64,000 bases of DNA. Origin: Callorhinchus milii (Eukaryota). The translations under genes and the position numbers were made by a program. Below the pieces are notes generated by a model that worked only from the letters and a program-made list of their open reading frames with translations, had not been told where the DNA came from and did no database searches. Shown piece by piece: positions 62,500-64,000 of this stretch (position 1 is the first letter of the stretch; the number at the start of each line of letters is the position of its first letter). The stretch spans positions 10,914,001-10,978,000 of the forward strand of contig NW_024704742.1 in NCBI RefSeq assembly GCF_018977255.1, given 5' to 3'.

Positions 62500-64000
62500 G
62501 CCAGGCCCACTCCAACTGGACTTCTCAAGCGCACAAAGTCAGTCCCTTTAAAAATGCTGTCATCATTCCTATCCTTAAAAAACCTTCCCTGGACCCTTCT
62601 CTACTCCCTAACTACCACCCCATCTCCAACCTCCCCTTCCTCTCCAAAGTCCTGGAATGAATTGTTGCTTCTCAGCTTCGCTCCTTCCTCTCTCACCACT
62701 CCCTTCTCGAGCCCCTCCAATTGGGTTTCCGTACCGCCCACAGCACAGAAACCGCCCTGGTCCAAGTGACATTCTGTCCATCTGCGACCAGGGATCCCTC
62801 TGCCTCCTCGTCCTCTCTGCTGCTTTCAACACCGTCGACCACTCTATCCTCAACCACCACCTCTCCTCTCACCTCAACCTCCACGGCTCTGTCCTTGATT
62901 AGTTCAGATCGTACCTCTCACACCGCCTGAATTTCATCTCCTCAAACAGCTTCTCCTCTAGCCCCCGAGCTGTCTTGTGCGGCGTTCCTCAGGGCTCTGG
63001 CCTTGGCCCCCTCCTCTTCAACATCTATATGCTCCCTCTTGGTGACATCATCCGCAGACGTGGGGTAAACTTCCACATGTATGTGGATGACACTCAACCC
63101 TACCTCTCTGCCTCCACCCTTGACTCCAGGACCACTGATGTCCTGACAGAATGTCTGTCAGACATCAAGTCCTGGATGAGAGTTAACTTTCTTCAGTTGA
63201 ACGTCAACAAGACCGAGACTCTCCTGATTGCCTCCCGTCAGTGCCTCCTCACCTCAGGCACTGATAGCATCACCATCCATGATTGCATATTCCACCTTAC
63301 TAAGCCAGTCCGGAACCTTGGGGTCTTGTTAGACCCTCAACAATCCTTTCTACCCACATCTGCACCATGACCTGTTCTGCCTTCCCCCACCTCTGCAATG
63401 TTGCCTGGCTCCGCCACTGTCTCACACCGCAGGCCGCCAAAACTCTCATTACATTGAGGCTCGACTATTTAAACTCCTTGCTTGTCAGTCTCCCCAACTC
63501 CTCCTTCCACAGGCTACAGATTACCCAGAACTCTGCAGCCCATGTCCTCTCCCGCACCAGGCTCCGTGACCCTATCACCCCCATCCTTGCCCAACTCCAC
63601 TGGCTTCCCATTACACAGAGGATACAGTTCAAGATCCTGGTCCTCACCTTCAAAGCTCTTCACTGTCTTGCTCCCCCCTACCTCTCCGACCTCATAACCC
63701 CCTACCATCCTATTTGCTCCCTCTGCTCAGCGGGCTCCAGCCTGCTTCACGTCCCCCACTATTGGTGGGCGGGCCTTCCACCACTCTGCACCCACCTTCT
63801 GGAACTCCATCCTGCAGTCCCTCTGTTTCGCCCCCTCCCTCGCCACCTTCAAAACTCACCTCAAGACCCTCTTCTTAGACCATGCTTTTGATCTCCCTGC
63901 TTCCCCCCCCTGCCCTCCCAGCTCCCCCTCAGCTCGGGTCCGTAACTCTGTCTGTCCAGCGCCTTAGGATGTCCTCCCAACATGAAAGGCGCTATACAAA
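62500..64000 (+). mobile_element. L2 LINE, ~1.5 kb dead copy with RT domain, running to the window end
   Basis: FKNAVIIPILKKPSLDP...NYHPISNLPFLSKVLE; GFRTAHSTETAL; LSAAFNTVDH; CGVPQGSGLGPLLFNIYMLPLG...YVDDTQ; LHWLPI..RIQFKIL; 3' stem-loop at the window end. Confidence 0.97.

Overview
AT-rich, repeat-dense vertebrate non-coding DNA, either a large intron or an intergenic region. The repeat set (CR1 and L2 LINEs, SacSINE1/AmnSINE-like Deu-domain SINEs, and an abundant tRNA-derived SINE with an L2-type tail) suggests a cartilaginous fish, probably a chimaera such as the elephant shark; this is inference from repeat content only. I recognise no intact protein-coding gene, RNA gene or CRISPR array. 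The long ORFs I can recognise are broken LINE reverse-transcriptase or transposase remnants, and the rest look like chance ORFs. The window holds a Ginger-type (KRBA2/SCAND3-like) transposase remnant, a 2.5 kb dead CR1, a 1.5 kb dead L2, many 5'-truncated L2/CR1 ends, about 25 copies or fragments of a tRNA-Ala-headed SINE, about 12 Deu-SINEs, a hAT MITE and several repeat-free, enhancer-like blocks. The sequence does not support a new biological system. The most notable observations are a ~113 bp duplication flanking an L2, two independent L2 insertions at the same nucleotide of the SINE tail, a locally templated and fold-back patch inside a SINE, three fold-back structures, a stem-loop conserved across retroposon tails, and a candidate conserved non-coding element at ~43.4-44.0 kb. 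Repeat boundaries were read by eye and are approximate.
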